Origin: Bugula neritina
Taxonomy: Eukaryota > Animalia > Bryozoa
Reading direction: 5' to 3'
Assembly: GCA_964035545.1 (NCBI GenBank)
Contig: OZ037766.1
Coordinates: forward strand, 13,382,722 to 13,446,721
DNA length: 64,000 nucleotides
In this document: piece after piece, positions 12,987 through 26,639 of the stretch
Layout of the letters: each line of letters starts with the position of its first letter
Numbering within the stretch: position 1 is the stretch's first letter
Translations under genes and position numbers: made by a program
The notes under the pieces: model-generated
Databases searched by the model: none
Told to the model about the DNA's origin: nothing
What the model saw: the letters and a program-made list of their open reading frames with translations, nothing else

Positions 12987-15900
12987 CAACAGCTATTGTC
13001 AATAATGAATGGTAATGGCCTTGAATGTTTTTTATGTCATATCATTAATTAAATGAGATTATAAGTACTGTATGATTAGTAATTATATTAGGTAATTCAC
13101 TTGCTTTCCTATTCTGAACTTTGGAGTAATTCTCCGAGGATATAATATGCATGTTATAATATGCCTAAGTACTAGGCAGCATGAGAAAGTATTTTTATGC
13201 AGCATGATTCTCGTTGGAATAAAATTATTTCTTTCGCATAGTAAGGGAGAGTTTCTAAAAGCTCCTACAAATAATGATAGGTTTATAGTCTATGGTACAT
13301 AGTACATGTACATTTATAGTACATGTATAGTCTAATCTTTATCATTGTGTATGAGTTTTCATGAGCATGAGTTTTCGTGAGCATGAGTTTTCGTGAGCAT
13401 TAGCTTGTGTGTGTGTGTGTTTGTGTGTGTTTATGTGCGTGTTTTTTACAGCAAAATGCGCACTATAATATAAAGAATCAATGCATAAAAAATGCTCATA
13501 CAGCTGCAGGTTCATATTTCACATGATTGGAATGGATATTTCACCAAAGCATGTGAAACCATGGATTCTAAGTTCATCAGTAAAAATTGATTAGTAGTGT
13601 TTATAACATTGAGATTCTGTGACTCGTGAGAAAATCTAATCTCTCACATCCTCTAGAGAGGAAATAATTAATAATTTATGAGAAATTACATTACATTCAT
13701 CTGTTGTATTCTACTGAGATATAAAGTTAACAGTCACGCCTAATACTGATTCAAACTTTTTTATAATATTTATCAGTCTATTGCTTTGCTATAAATATAT
13801 ATATAATATAAACATGTATGAATATATTCAAAGAATGTTATAAGTACAGATTGTATTTCTCAATCATCTATAGAAAACATATGTAGGCCTAATAGATACT
13901 TGAAGCCTAGATTAGGGAATCTGGTATACATGTTAGCTAAACCTATCAACTTATGTCCATCAAATATAGTATCCACTTCATGGCTGTGTTCTCTATCATT
14001 AATTTGTAAATTAGACAATAATTAAATAAGTCCACTTATGCTACTATTTATAGATCTGTCACTTATTCTACAAGGAACATCATTTAAAACAATTATGCAT
14101 TAATATAGCTTCAAGTAGCCTGAAAATTCTTATTTTATATTCCTACATATGTCGTCATACAGCCATATAATGCACCTTATACATGCATTATTGTTTTTGA
14201 GTAAACGTTTTTCTAAATTTTCATAAGTCACAAGAATAAAAAATATATAAATATGTTGCTTGCATTATTTGTGTATGTTGCATGTATTTATTACAACCAT
14301 ATGTAGCATGCACTCTACATAGTTGTAACAAAATATTGGTATATAGATAAGCCATGTAAAGATAATTTTGACATGTGTTATATTAAGTGCACTCTAAATT
14401 GAACATATTATATGGATAATATCATATAGTGAGTACAATGTGTAATCTATAGTATGTAATATATTTCAAATTGATATTATTTTGAATTTATAATGAAAGA
14501 AAAAAACTATTATACTGCTAATAGCATACTAATTTAGTATAGTGTTCATAATTTTTCAACACTGTCTAATTTACAATATGATGTTTAACATGCAAAATTG
14601 GTATAGCAATGAAGCATAAAATTTAAAGGAACTTTCTGCTATGTTAAAACACAAACCTAAAGTTTGTCTTTCAATGTTATAGCAGCCTTATTTATTGCCA
14701 GTGCTGTTTAAACTTGATCTATGAGCTGTTTTGTCAATCGACTCAGAAGTTGAAACATGGGAACAGCTTAATTGTAATAATGTATATGTGTACCCTAATA
14801 ATTATTAAAACCATATAATTTAAAATCAACAACATAAAATGCTTGAACTTTTACACACCTTGTAAATTTTATCAGTTGGTGAGCATAATCCTTAAAAGTA
14901 AAGTGAATGCATTGATCTTTAACCTTGCACATGACTCATTTTTAAAACTGATGGACAAATTATATAGAGCTGGTGCAAGGAGTGGTGTGGGGTGGGATCT
15001 TTAGTGTTGATTTATAATGGTAGGCCACACCAAGTTCATTGGTAAGAAGTCTGGTACAAGTTTCATATACAAAACATGGTTGAACTTGAGCTCTTAATTC
15101 ATGTAAATTATATTTTATGAAAACTATGTACCAGCAGTATAAACATTTACTAAGTTTCCAAGCATCACATTATAATGTGAATGGATTTTTTCATTCGATG
15201 TTTGGAAACAGTTACATCAAATGAAACCTTGCACAACCATAATGCAAAGTAATGGAAATGCAGTGCTAGCTTTTTGTGCAACTCAGAAAATATCTAAGAT
15301 GTTTTCTTACCTCGAATGAAGATCTTAAATGAGCTATCATGTGCCCTGTTATATTCCTATTACCCACATAAGTGATATTTGACAGAATGTTGAATACATA
15401 GTTCTTCAGTGAGTCAGATATCATAAGTGACTTGTTGTTAGAAAGACTTGAACCTAGAATCAACGCTTTCTCTCTCAGTGTTAAAATGTTGGTCTCAGAG
15501 TTAATGTCTTGCAGAGCTGATATGACCATTTCCATAGTTTCATTGTCCGTAGGTGGCTGGTATAGAGATCGAGTATGACGTACATGACTAGACTTGGAAG
15601 CAGACGGTGACTGAACGACTAAATTACTTGTTCCAGTCTGTAGCTCCTCAACTCCCTTATGCTCAGGGTGTGAACTTACCAACGGGACGCAAAAACAAAC
15701 ATGATAACCTAAAATCAAAATCATTATATTTAAGTAATCAGCTCGAATTTGTTCTAGGGAAGCAGCCAACTGTCGTGCAGATATTTGTTGCTTTCGAATT
15801 TCCAATGAGTTTGCATTTGAGATCTGAGTACCTACTTTTGCTACAACTCTCTAGACTCAAGATTTTTACAATTTTTTTTTACACAGATCTGCCAATTTTG

Positions 15901-16599
15901 TCAGTCAGTCTATTTAAAGATAGCAATAAAACTACCTGTTTTGATAAACCAAAATTAGGGTATAGCTCAATCTTTATTATACAAGCGAAGTGAAGTCTAT
16001 TAACCCAAAATTATAAAGATATATGATTACATTTCGATTTTGTTCTACATATAAGGTTTTAGAGTAATTTTGTTGGAGTTAGTTAAATTATATAATCATG
16101 TTTAATTAAACAAGCCTGGTCCACAAACGTAGGCAAACTTTTAAAGCTTAAATCAGCATGGTTTATTAGAATGCATTTTTTAAAAAGTAGTTGACAATTT
16201 ATAATCGACACAGTATTATACAAATTTTAATTTTTTCTTCTTCACATTATTATCAATATCACTTGTAAAATTGTCTTTTAATAGTTTGAATAAGTATGCT
16301 ATTTTAGATATATAGACTTCTTAGTTTTACAACGTGGAATAAACCAGAATGAAGCTCTTATAACTATAAAGTTTTGGGTGGTTTATTATTGTATCAAGTT
16401 GAACACTATTTGTGATTTAATGCAGCAGATGCAATCATTTCAATTTTTCAAACTTTAACAGGTTAAGCTTAATCTACTCTTAGCAAAATTGTTGTGATTA
16501 CTCTACAGTTGAAACTGCAGCAAAAAGTTACTACAGATACTTTAAATACTCACCTAATATGAAATATAGAAACAATGTTAATAGTCTCATTCTACACAT
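1537..16599 (-). CDS. Nicotinic acetylcholine receptor alpha subunit (Cys-loop, predicted cation-selective), ~636 aa, 12 exons
   Basis: Exons 16599-16554, 15708-15311, 12126-11953, 11661-11617, 11174-11065, 10745-10610, 10087-9882, 5254-5061, 4469-4267, 2851-2739, 2288-2121, 1654-1537 join in frame (1911 nt). Motifs: [27 protein letters not shown] (loop A), Cys-loop [22 protein letters not shown] (loop B), YYPCCEAPY (loop C vicinal Cys = alpha), M2 [23 protein letters not shown]4 [16 protein letters not shown]. The first two exons are less certain than the core (1537-12126). Confidence 0.93.
6353..7540 (-). CDS. DHODH: Dihydroorotate dehydrogenase (quinone), class 2 mitochondrial; intronless CDS nested in a nAChR intron
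   Basis: Single 395-aa ORF with N-terminal hydrophobic anchor, [27 protein letters not shown] (catalytic Ser), [28 protein letters not shown]. Minus-strand AATAAA at 6066-6071. Confidence 0.97.
   Translation of the reverse strand: MSKLKQLLLIATGGTALFASHALYSGNPKFYANVVMPTLHKLTSAETAHNMGVAILKYGLYPRCRAQNYDNLQNNIFDWKVMNPVGLAAGFDKHCEAIDGLLNLGFGFIEVGGVTPEPQPGNEKPRVFRLHEDKAIINRYGFNSFGHQPAVVHVENWYNKLSENKRGYVGVNLGKNKSTSDAAQDYVKGVENFGPFVDFLVINVSSPNTPGLRKLQAQDQLQTIIKAVVEANSKLERKNKPPIFVKIAPDLSESDKVAIATVVAARDSGIDGLVISNTTLSRPEFLQNKNKVEVGGLSGAPLRQMSTDLIRDMYRLTFGRVVIIGVGGVFSGQDALDKIKAGASLVQIYSSLAYEGPPVVEKIKKELSELLKKEGFENVSDAVGYDVKEDKCAAS
13351..13400. repeat. ~3 copies of a 16-bp tandem unit (catgagttttcgtgag), followed by a short TG microsatellite
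   Basis: Read directly: atgagttttcatgagc atgagttttcgtgagc atgagttttcgtgagc. Confidence 0.8.
15149..15264. mobile_element. MITE family A, shortened/degenerate copy
   Basis: actaagtttcca...tggaaatgcagt ends; internal gaatggattttttcattcgatgtttg is the reverse complement of the internal segment of the copies at 49965 and 60058. Confidence 0.6.
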
Positions 16600-19500
16600 G
16601 CTGGGTTTCTGCTTCACATAGTTCCTTCATGACTGACAAACCAGCACTGGCAGATTGACCATGACGTGTTAGAATGTGGTATTTATATCATTATACTATA
16701 ATATAATAAAGAAATAATTGATTTCACATTATTCTCTAGCTAAAAGAGCATCAGTCCATATACATCAATAAATACTGCTACATTTATTGGATGCTTTGTG
16801 CTGTTCCTGTAGCCATTGAAGTAGTGATGCCAGTACAAATCTCATGACTCATCAACATAGAACGAAATATGTTATGCAGTGACACAAGATTTTAGATAAA
16901 GCTGTAATGTTTGAGTTAAAATGTTATAATATACATTATAGTTAAAATACCAAAGTATTTATTGGGTTAGCATCATTGTTGAGTGTGAAAGAATATTATA
17001 TGGCGCCCTCAATTTCAAAATTTATTCATGGTATGTAAAATCCTCGCTTATAAAAATGACTACAGAGAAAGAAATAGAAAGCTTAATAAAATATTAATAA
17101 AATATGTACCAAAGAGAAGCTACAATATAATTTTAATGGGCAACCATTTTCAGAATGAGCGTTTACGCAATACGTTTATGCGTGTAACTAAATACTAGCT
17201 GAAAATGTGAGCGTACAGGGCAGCAATCAATACTGAACATCTTCATAATTTAATTTGCATCAACATCAATATAATTATATGTTTTGCTATTAGCAAATAA
17301 GTGACTAGACAAATAAGCCATGTGCAGGGTGTACATTTGATTAATTATTTCAATAATGTTTTCTAATAAAGTGTAATTGTTCACTTACAATACAATATCT
17401 TATATCAAGAAAGACATTTACCTGAACTCACGTAAAACTGTGTCTTATTACTACTTGCTCATTCAATTCGAAGAGTAAACTTATGTCTGTCATGAAGCTG
17501 CTACTAGTTGATGACCCAACAAATTGCAAAACAGTTTATACCTAAAGGCAAGCTACTACTCACACTTTCCATATATAAGTATCATTTGTCAATTTTCTGT
17601 ATAGCTTATCCAGATACTGCGCTATGAAATATACACAGTAAAAGATATACAATAACCACTAACACAACACACGCTCACTGTATGCACACTGTAGAAATTG
17701 TGGAGGTATAACATTATTATAGTACATACTGCCTGTATATTACTGGGTGACAGCTCATAATTACATAACTAATCTGGCAGCTTGAATCATAGACAAAAAT
17801 ATTTTTCTTGGCAACTATTATTAATTATGTTCTTCACATCACAGCTTACCAGTCTTGTAAATTCTTCTAAGCATACATATCAATCTTACACAAGATTAGT
17901 TGGGGATTAATTCTTATCACATATATATTACCATAAAATGATGTGATAATGCTAAACCACATAATGCTATTTTATAAAGCTAATATATCAATATAATTTT
18001 AAGACTTTATTATATTAATCAATCAGGGTATTACAGACAATAGAAATTTTGGAAGAGAGCTGCAAAGTTGTGTGCTGTGTACAACACATAAACTTTTGCC
18101 ACTCGTAATTCTTACATAACATGTTGGCTACATTCTAGAATAATCTGTAGAATGTGTAAACTATATATACAGCATTTTGTTCCTAAAACTTGCATTAAAT
18201 TAGTTTTTTTACTTCTCTCTACTATAGTATGTAAATAATCATTTTACTAAACTCTGAGACACAATCTATTATTAGGCATCTTACAACTTTCACTACACTG
18301 TGTTATCGAGAACATGCATCATGTACTGTATATAATTATGCATAATATACTTCGATGCAGCGGCAATAACTATGCACCAAGCATTGACACTCGACTATCT
18401 AGTTGAAAAGGAAGCTGATGTCACTTTCAGGAAATAGATGTGTTGACATGATCTATTTAAAGCGTAACTCAAGTAGTATAAATATCTTCACAAATTAATG
18501 AAACATTCACTATACACAAGGTGTTTAGCATCACAGAGAAATTTTAAGCAGAAACAAGCTTGAACATTAACATACATAATTGCATTTAAACAATGAAATT
18601 CAAAAATGCTTATTCTAGGTGCACAACTGTTTAGCAATTAGTTTAAGTTCACAACTTTTGCATATCATAGTTAAGTGGTATTATGACGAACTGTTTACAC
18701 CAGCAAGTTAAAGTTTTAAGTGCCAAAATTCGAACTGGTTGACATTAGAAAAGATACAAAAATAACAAATCTTCAGAAATATATTTAAAGGTTCTTAAAC
18801 AGATTAACTGTTGAAATGCTCTGAAATGTCAGGTTTCAAACAAAATTGGTGAAAAATTGATGTTTGGTTATTTCTCAAATTTTTGCTGTATCATTAGTTA
18901 AAGCAATATTGCACTTAAATAACCTACTATATAAAAATTGCAACCACTCTATTTTGATGAACTAAAAATTTGTTAGAAACATCAGTTTTACAAACAAAAA
19001 GGTACTGATGTATAATTAAGAACTCATTTGAATTATTTTTTGCTTAATAAAAGCTTCTTGGCTAGATTGAAGATCACTTGCAGCATAAAACAGTTTATAA
19101 TAAAAAGTTTTGACTAAATTTGTAACCACCTGTTATTTAGTTTTTAGGCTTGGAAATTGTTAATTTTGAAACCTACATATGCCATACCATGTACAGGATT
19201 TACTATAATAACATGTGTATTGGTAGAGCACATTGCCTATTATTTTCAGAAGTCTTTACATATTCAGTGTATTAGAAGGATTTAACAATTTGAAACATCG
19301 ATAAGCTATTGCAGAGACATGACTCATTTACCCGCAATGCATTTAATTTTACTTTATAACTAAAAGTACACTAGCAAACTCATCTAACTAGTACCACTTT
19401 TCAGATGTAGGATGATTTGGATAAGTGTCTAACTGTTTCTCCAATGCATTATATCCATGCTGATGTGAGTTTAATCATACATATTTGATATATCAGCAAT

Positions 19501-21118
19501 TTGCGGTTTTAATAAATTATTTTAAATTTTGTACTTTAGAAAAATTAAGTCTTGAAGAACGTTTTTAGCTCAAAACCACACAAGCTGCTTTCCTTTTATT
19601 ATTTGGATTTTATCTAAGAACCCTAGTAAAGCGTATGCCTACATGATGTTGGTTCTTTGATGTTTTTTTATAATATTATAGCATATCAAATAATTTGCTG
19701 TTGGGAGAGAACTGCTGTAATTCAAGCTGGTGAAATCTTTTAAGTTGAAATATATTATAATTTTAAATAAACATTTCATTATATCTTTGTCTAGCATTTA
19801 CAGTGCAGATAGCACAATGTTATGACCCAGGCCCTCCCAGAGAAGAGAAAAACCATTTTCGAAATTTCATGGTTATATATTATGGCAGTAGTAAAACAGC
19901 TGAACTAAGGGTTCTGTTGTAGCATGTATTGGTGCAATAGTAGCATGAAGTAGTTTGTAAATCTTATAGTACTAATGTAGTAAAAACATAATTAGAAGTA
20001 GGTAATCCAAAATGAAGAGATATTCTAATAATTTTGTCAACAAGTGTGCTTAAGCATTGTGGTCATGGATGTCAAAACGGCCTCTTCGGCCTGTTTCTAG
20101 CAGAAATCTTTTACTATGACATTTTTAAGCCTGTGAGTTTGTCCCAATGTTTGCTTGCAGCACAAAGACAGAGCTTTGACCCTTCCTAACATTTTAAGAA
20201 CCACTGCTCTTAGAACTAAAGTTATCGCTTGCTGTTTTTAGTGTGTGAATAATACATGCTAGAAAAGATTCTATGTCCGATTGGTCATCTATGCTCCCTC
20301 CTTCCCTCTTTACACCGCATAATATACATTATTGGTTATTATTTATTAAACATCCAGATATTATTGAACCACTAAAATGCTGCCTTTTCAGTTTTGGACT
20401 GGGAAATGAAATAAACATTTAATGTTATATTATTACAGCTCCGAATATTCAACACATAACATTTATCTTCATTTCCCTGGCTATGTATCTGCCAGTATTA
20501 CATAATGATGTATCTTGTGATTCACACATAATTCTGCTTTGTATGACAAAATTGAAGCAAATGATTTGTTTAGACTTTAGAGTCACATAATTGATGCAAT
20601 TTCCACCAGCCTTTGATTATAGCACTTGCATTTATAGGCATTATCATTAAACTAGCATGGACTACACAAAATACACTTGAGAGTTATCCTTCCATTAAGA
20701 CTAGAATGTAAAAAGTAGCTTCTTGATGAATAAAAAATGCTGAAACACATCAACCTGTCTCAGCATTTGCTCATGATCTGCTTGTAATTTATACACCCTC
20801 TGCAATCATAACATTTGCCTAATATAAATATTTCATAGCAGATTATTTCTAATTCAATTATTATGACTTATTAGGAAATAGAAATTGAATAATTGCTATA
20901 AGAAAGAAACAAGCTGGAGAATAATATTAATGGACAAAAATTTGGAAAAATATCGTTTCAACAGTGCATAACCAAAAACTAGGTAGCATTCCAATATTCT
21001 GTAGTTACAGTGAGGCTATGGCCAAGTACATCATTGGTTATTAGATTTTAATAATTTCCGTGCAACCAAATGTGAGCAAATAAAGAATAAAATATTAACA
21101 GAAAAACCACATGTGACG

Positions 21119-21195
21119 TGTATGTGTATATGTATGTATATGTATGTATATGTATGTATATGTATGTATATGTATGTATATATATATATATATAT
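21119..21195. repeat. (TATG/TA)n microsatellite
   Basis: Direct reading. Confidence 0.9.
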
Positions 21196-21467
21196 GCTAC
21201 AAGTGTAAGGGGGTTAATGAATGATCATACATTTATGGGCCTACTGTTGTAGGGTGCTGGACTTGGACATTTATAAATGCTAAACTCTACAGCACATGCA
21301 TGAGTGGAGAGGTAATTGCTGTGCTATTTGCTTGTCATTGGCACAATTATTGCCAACTTTTTTGGTCAAAATAATATCTGCAAGATACTCTATTTAATGT
21401 GCGTACTATAATACTTATTTTGTATTTACAAACTAAATAAAATTACCAGCAATTTATAATTAATGCA

Positions 21468-21471
<4 letters not shown>

Positions 21472-21540
<69 letters not shown>

Positions 21541-21580
21541 ATATATATATTTGTATATATATATTTGTATATATTTGTAT
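21472..21580. repeat. (TA)n microsatellite with degenerate tail
   Basis: Direct reading; shorter (TA)n runs also near 3167-3202, 11325-11350 and 12945-12981. Confidence 0.9.
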
Positions 21581-21948
21581 AACAGTTGTAGTTACAATTA
21601 GTATATTTTATGAGTTTTATGAGTAGAATTAGAAACTGAGTTACACAAACAAGATGAAAAACAGTAATACAGTAATACATAACTAGGCAAGAACAATTTT
21701 TGTTTTGGTTTAGCAAAACATAATTGAAAGTATCAGCAGTATTTTAAGACTCTACAGATACAAGGAAACTCTAGGTAAACACACTGACCAATCAATAAAT
21801 TTTGTTTTAAGAATAACTCCAGTGCAAAAAGTGACCAAAATAAAGAAGAACAATATGAAGGAAAAAGTTCATAAATGCTGAAAATACCATAGCAAAGGTT
21901 GCTGGATAAATAGCTCTAACTTTTGTTTATTGATTATCTACATTAGCT

Positions 21949-23942
21949 CTAAAAAGACTTTTCAATAAACTCAGACTTGTTTTGCCGCAGAGTATCAGCT
22001 ATGTGTGCTGGGACACAGGCTATCTCCACAAGAGTTGTCTTCTCTCCATCTCTGTAGGTTAGACAATGGGCATTCAAGTAAGACGTTGGAGGCAATGTGT
22101 TTAGATATTGCTGAAGACCATCTAAACTCTCTACTTCTAAGGAAACTTGAGAGCTAAGATAATTCTCAAAATGAAAAGCAACTGGATCAGTTTGAGGTTG
22201 TGAAGTATAAACCGACTTTTCGTCTTCTTCTTGGGCAGTTAAACTATACCTGTGTAAAACTGTTAAGCACACTTTTTGTTCTGTTGTTGAGAGATTTGCA
22301 AGGTTTAATGATGCCCTCATCCAGGTTGCTGCTGACTTGACTGGAAAGTACATCTTCCTTTCCAACTGTACATTTTTTGTTACGATATAACGATCTCTCA
22401 CGGAGTTTGCAAGCACCAGCAGCTTTTTAGTCTCTGCTTCTATGGACTCTTTGTCACAAACAGCTCGACTCAAGATGACTGGGTCTTTAGTCAAACTGTA
22501 GCTATCCATGATTAATGCTAACAACTCGAAATGTTCTGAGTTTTCTTGATTGCCGTTAGGTGTTTTCTTTTTCTCACCCAGGCTAACTTTTTTAAGAGAA
22601 ACATGTGATATGCCTTCTACTCTAGCTGTCCATTGTGTGCTGAAAAAGCCCAAAATAAATTCTGCACAGAGCTTTAAAACCTTTATCACCTCAGTCATAA
22701 AATTCTTTGATTCTTCGCAATCAGATAAGTCTTTGAGTGAAAGCAGTTCTTGAATCAGCAGCAAGTAAAAATGAGTAGCAATAATGAAAAGAAGAACACC
22801 ATTTTTGGGAAAAAATTCATCTTGCATCATTTCTATTAATTCAAGTCTTCTTTCTTCTTCATGTCTTTTCAACATGCTTACAAGGCATTCAATGAGATTT
22901 TTGAGAAGGTTCTTTTTTTTCAAATAATACTCTTTCATAAATAGCACAAAACTTTCAAGACTTGCTAACAAATCAACTACCACAGTTTCTGGTTTCTCTG
23001 GAACATAAAATTTTATTAAATGGTCTTTTACATAAAATAGAGGGTCTGCCAAAGGGCGAGTTCTGAAGATGTTATCAAAAGCTGAAAGGGTGGAGGAAGA
23101 ATTTCTATTTACTGCAACAATGAGGTTTTTAACTACCCCATGAGGTGTCTGACTGAGATTATAAGTTTCGTCTGAGTGAACATGATAGAGAAACTTCTGG
23201 GCCTTGTAAGCAGTTGGAAAACTTGCATCACTTACATTCAAGAGCTCTGAATTCTCCAAACTCTTTAAACTACTAACAGTACCTATAGATGCAAGGGTTG
23301 CTTCAGGGGTGGTTACACTACCGAAGCCTGAACTACTTTCAGCTATACTTTTATTGTTCATCTCAGATTCATCAACTACTGGTTCATCCTCCAAGATACC
23401 AGGAATAGTAGGAGATGGAGTAGAATCTCCTCTTTCTAGTTTTGCAATCTAAAAATTAAAAGCTTATCTGACTTGAGACAGCATGCACCAAAGTTGTTAA
23501 ACAAAATAAGTAAATGGGCCAAAGATATTATCAATTTTGTCAAAGAAAACTTGCTGCAGCTGCTGCTATTTGTCAATGACAAAGAGAAAAACAAACGGAT
23601 GCAATATTTTATATACAATTTCATTTAGGTTAGCAAAAAATGAAGCTGTGAAGGAATTAAAACTTTTTACATGGTAATGACTAGTTCAGAAGTAAAATGC
23701 TTTTACATATTGCCACAACACAATTCTATTCTTCTATAACTTACAGATGCCATGGCAGTTTCACTTTTACATTCCTCTTCTCTCATCATTGCTCTTCTCT
23801 TAGCTTCTGGTATAACATCAGCAGATGGGTTGGATACACTGGTAGAAGAAGATGGAAGTTGTGACAGTATTTCACTTGTTTTAGGTTTGCTTCCTGTTGT
23901 ACTTGGTGACTTTGGAGCATCTTTTGATTCTTTGGATGCCAT
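21949..23942 (-). CDS. Uncharacterised ~565-aa protein (Ser-rich N-terminus, predicted helical body)
   Basis: Exon 23942-23745 (MASKESKDAPKSP...TAMAS|GTAAGT) joins in phase 0 to exon 23448-21949 (tttttag|IAKLERGD...), a 1500-nt open frame that is very unlikely by chance in this AT-rich DNA. No family recognised. Confidence 0.75.
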
Positions 23943-25122
23943 CTGGCAGCGTTTTGGAGAAATATGATGAAGTATCACTCCAATCCAGACTTGCTTTCAG
24001 TTTTATAATCGTTTGGCAAATGAAAATTAGCTTTTTAGCTAAAGTCTTTTTTATCAACAATAATTCTGTAGCTATGAAGCTGGATAAGCTGAAAATTTGC
24101 ATAAGTTTTGTTCAGAACTTTATAAAAATGCCCAATCACATTGCACAATTACCTATAGCTTTGGCTAGCAACTGGCTGTACAGAAGCTATTATTATGACA
24201 AAGCAGTTATAGCCACTATTTTAACTTGAATGTGAAGACTATCCAAGTCTAACAGCTCTAAAATACTTTTAAATATAATGAACAAGTCAATTTGGAGAAA
24301 CAATGCATTAATTACTTTTTCAAATACTTTTCAGGATTTAGGTTTGCTATTTTGTCTAAATAACTTCAAATATTTGTTTTAAAAGTTGGACACAGAAAAG
24401 TTCTCATTCCTGTCAAGATAGTTGCAAGTTGCTGGCTTATATGAAGTATCTGTTCCTTTTTTATCTGTAGATGTGCATCATTTCCTCACCAACCATCTGT
24501 AAATCACTTTTTACGGATATTTTTGGTCAACTGCTTCGTGTTTTCACTTTGATATGCAATTTTCACCAGGAATGAAGCATTTTTATTCAACTTATAAAAG
24601 AAAACCTGGTCAACTTTTACAATCCAGTTCCTCATACTGAATCAGAATGCATTTCATTTTAGTAGTTCCCCCTATAAAATATCTGCAAGTTGCAACACAC
24701 TCTACTCAACTGTTGAGACAGTAGCTGTGGCATGGCTCAACAGTTATTAGTTGAATTAGGATGCTCAATATAATATGCACAAAATCTGAAGATTTGAAGG
24801 TTTTATTTGGTAAATTTTAGTTTCAACAATTAAAAATCTGCCTTTAGAAAGTTTAAGGTTCAATAACATCAATTATTGTTATGAAAGTGCAAGTAGAACA
24901 ACGTGCCTACAGAGGCAAGTCAATGTGGAGCTCAACTCCTGTTATTAGGGTAGTGAGCATAGGCTTACTTTCCACTGCTAAGTAACTTTTTAGACTTTCA
25001 TGTTCAACTACTAGCATAAAAAATACTTGTGTATGGAAAAGGAATTAGAATGTTTTGTTTTTGCATTTCAAGTCATGATTTATATTTATGAAACAAAGGT
25101 TGGCTGACAGAAAAATGACATT

Positions 25123-26297
25123 TTACGAATCAGGAACCTCCATTTCGCCGTTACTAATGGCATCAATGACATCATGAGGGTGCTGACCATCAATAGTGCA
25201 GCCAATACTTTGGGCTGTACCTAGAATTTCCTTAACTGTGCCAGCAAGTAGCCTGGCCATACTTCTTTCTCTCATAATTCGAGCGATGCTGACAACCTCA
25301 TCAAATGTGATGTCACCATTGTGCTTGACTGTAAATAGCAAAGCAAGATTTCAACATCATCAGCTAGAATATTTGACATTTCAAACGGCCATCAAAAAAT
25401 TTTACTTCTAACCATAATTTATTACAAGAACGATTTCAACTATTGGCTAAATTTTTCATCAATAATATTAAAGCATACACTTAATGTGCAAAATAGTTAG
25501 CAAGCAAGACCTGATAGCCATAGAGTTTAAGGTAAGGGGGTGTCATGGGCAACCCGTAAGATATTTTGGATTGATGAAATAGTATGTACTATGTAGAGTT
25601 GGTTAATGACAGGTTAATATTGTAATAGTGAGACTCACTATTTTTGACTTTCTTTCGGTCTCTTGGTGGTTCTTTCAAAGCTTTGATGAGGAGAGCGGAT
25701 GCACTGGGTACAACTTCTACTTTTGCTTGACGATTTTGAATGGTGAGTTTACATGTGATTTTTAAACCCTTCCAGTCACCAGTGGCTTTGGCAATATCAT
25801 CTCCAACTTTTTTTGGTGATAAACCAAGAGGACCTACTTTGGGAGCAAGTGTGGCAGTAGCTCCAACCTCACCACCAACCGCTCGGAGATACACTAGAAA
25901 TACACATCAAACTCGGTTAATGTTATGGCAATTTACTAATTATATAAAGATAGTAATAGTTGTCATTCTACTATCCAGTTCCAACTCCCACGTTCTTAAA
26001 CTTATTCCAATATTTTTTTAATGAAGGGCATTACGATTATGATTAAGTTGAGAGCTAAATCGCTGTTTTGCGAAATGAATAGGCAGCTTATAAAAACTAG
26101 ACTCATATTTATGTTTAACGTACGATTTTAAGAAATATATGATCAATTTCCTCAACAGTAATGCACTTCAGATTATGAAGTTTTTGATATTTTCAAAAAA
26201 ATAGATTTAATACTCAACACAATATTTTTCAATAAAAACATAATATCAAAACATATTTACCTATGGTAATCGCATTTGGATCAAACTTGGGGCCCAT
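25123..26297 (-). CDS. RPL12: 60S ribosomal protein L12 (uL11)
   Basis: Exons 26297-26261, 25893-25639, 25328-25123: [59 protein letters not shown]...[24 protein letters not shown]. Confidence 0.98.
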
Positions 26298-26377
26298 ATT
26301 GTTTGGTTAAGGTGTGGATGAGTGCGATGTATGTCACTCGACCAAAATTGATGCACCGTAAACCAAGAGTAATCTTC

Positions 26378-26386
26378 GGAAAAGGG
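26378..26386 (-). promoter_or_regulatory. TCT-type initiator / 5'TOP pyrimidine tract of RPL12
   Basis: Minus strand CCCTTTTCC ~85 nt upstream of the ATG; typical of ribosomal protein gene transcription starts. Confidence 0.65.
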
Positions 26387-26639
26387 ATTGACAAGGAATC
26401 GTACGGTATTTTCAAAGTAGTGATAAAACACATTGTTTAAACATATTGTTAAATTTAAATTATTTGTTATAAATTTAAATTATTAATTAAATGATTAAAA
26501 ATTAATTTTAAAATAAATATTTTTACAACAATGTCGCCCTACCATATTGCCGAAACAGCTCAACTGCCAAGTATTTCCTAAGTTACAAGTGTATACAAAA
26601 ATTAGGTTAATCATAACAATCACAATAGTAATTATAAAA

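Noticed and set aside
15266-15805. Stand-alone 179-aa secreted protein ORF
   Set aside because: Starts at TTG and contains strong acceptor and donor sites that are phase-compatible with the nAChR; treated as exon 2 of the receptor.
25329-26260. Intronic snoRNA in RPL12 (vertebrate RPL12 hosts SNORA65)
   Set aside because: No convincing C/D or H/ACA architecture seen by eye; needs an Infernal/Rfam scan.
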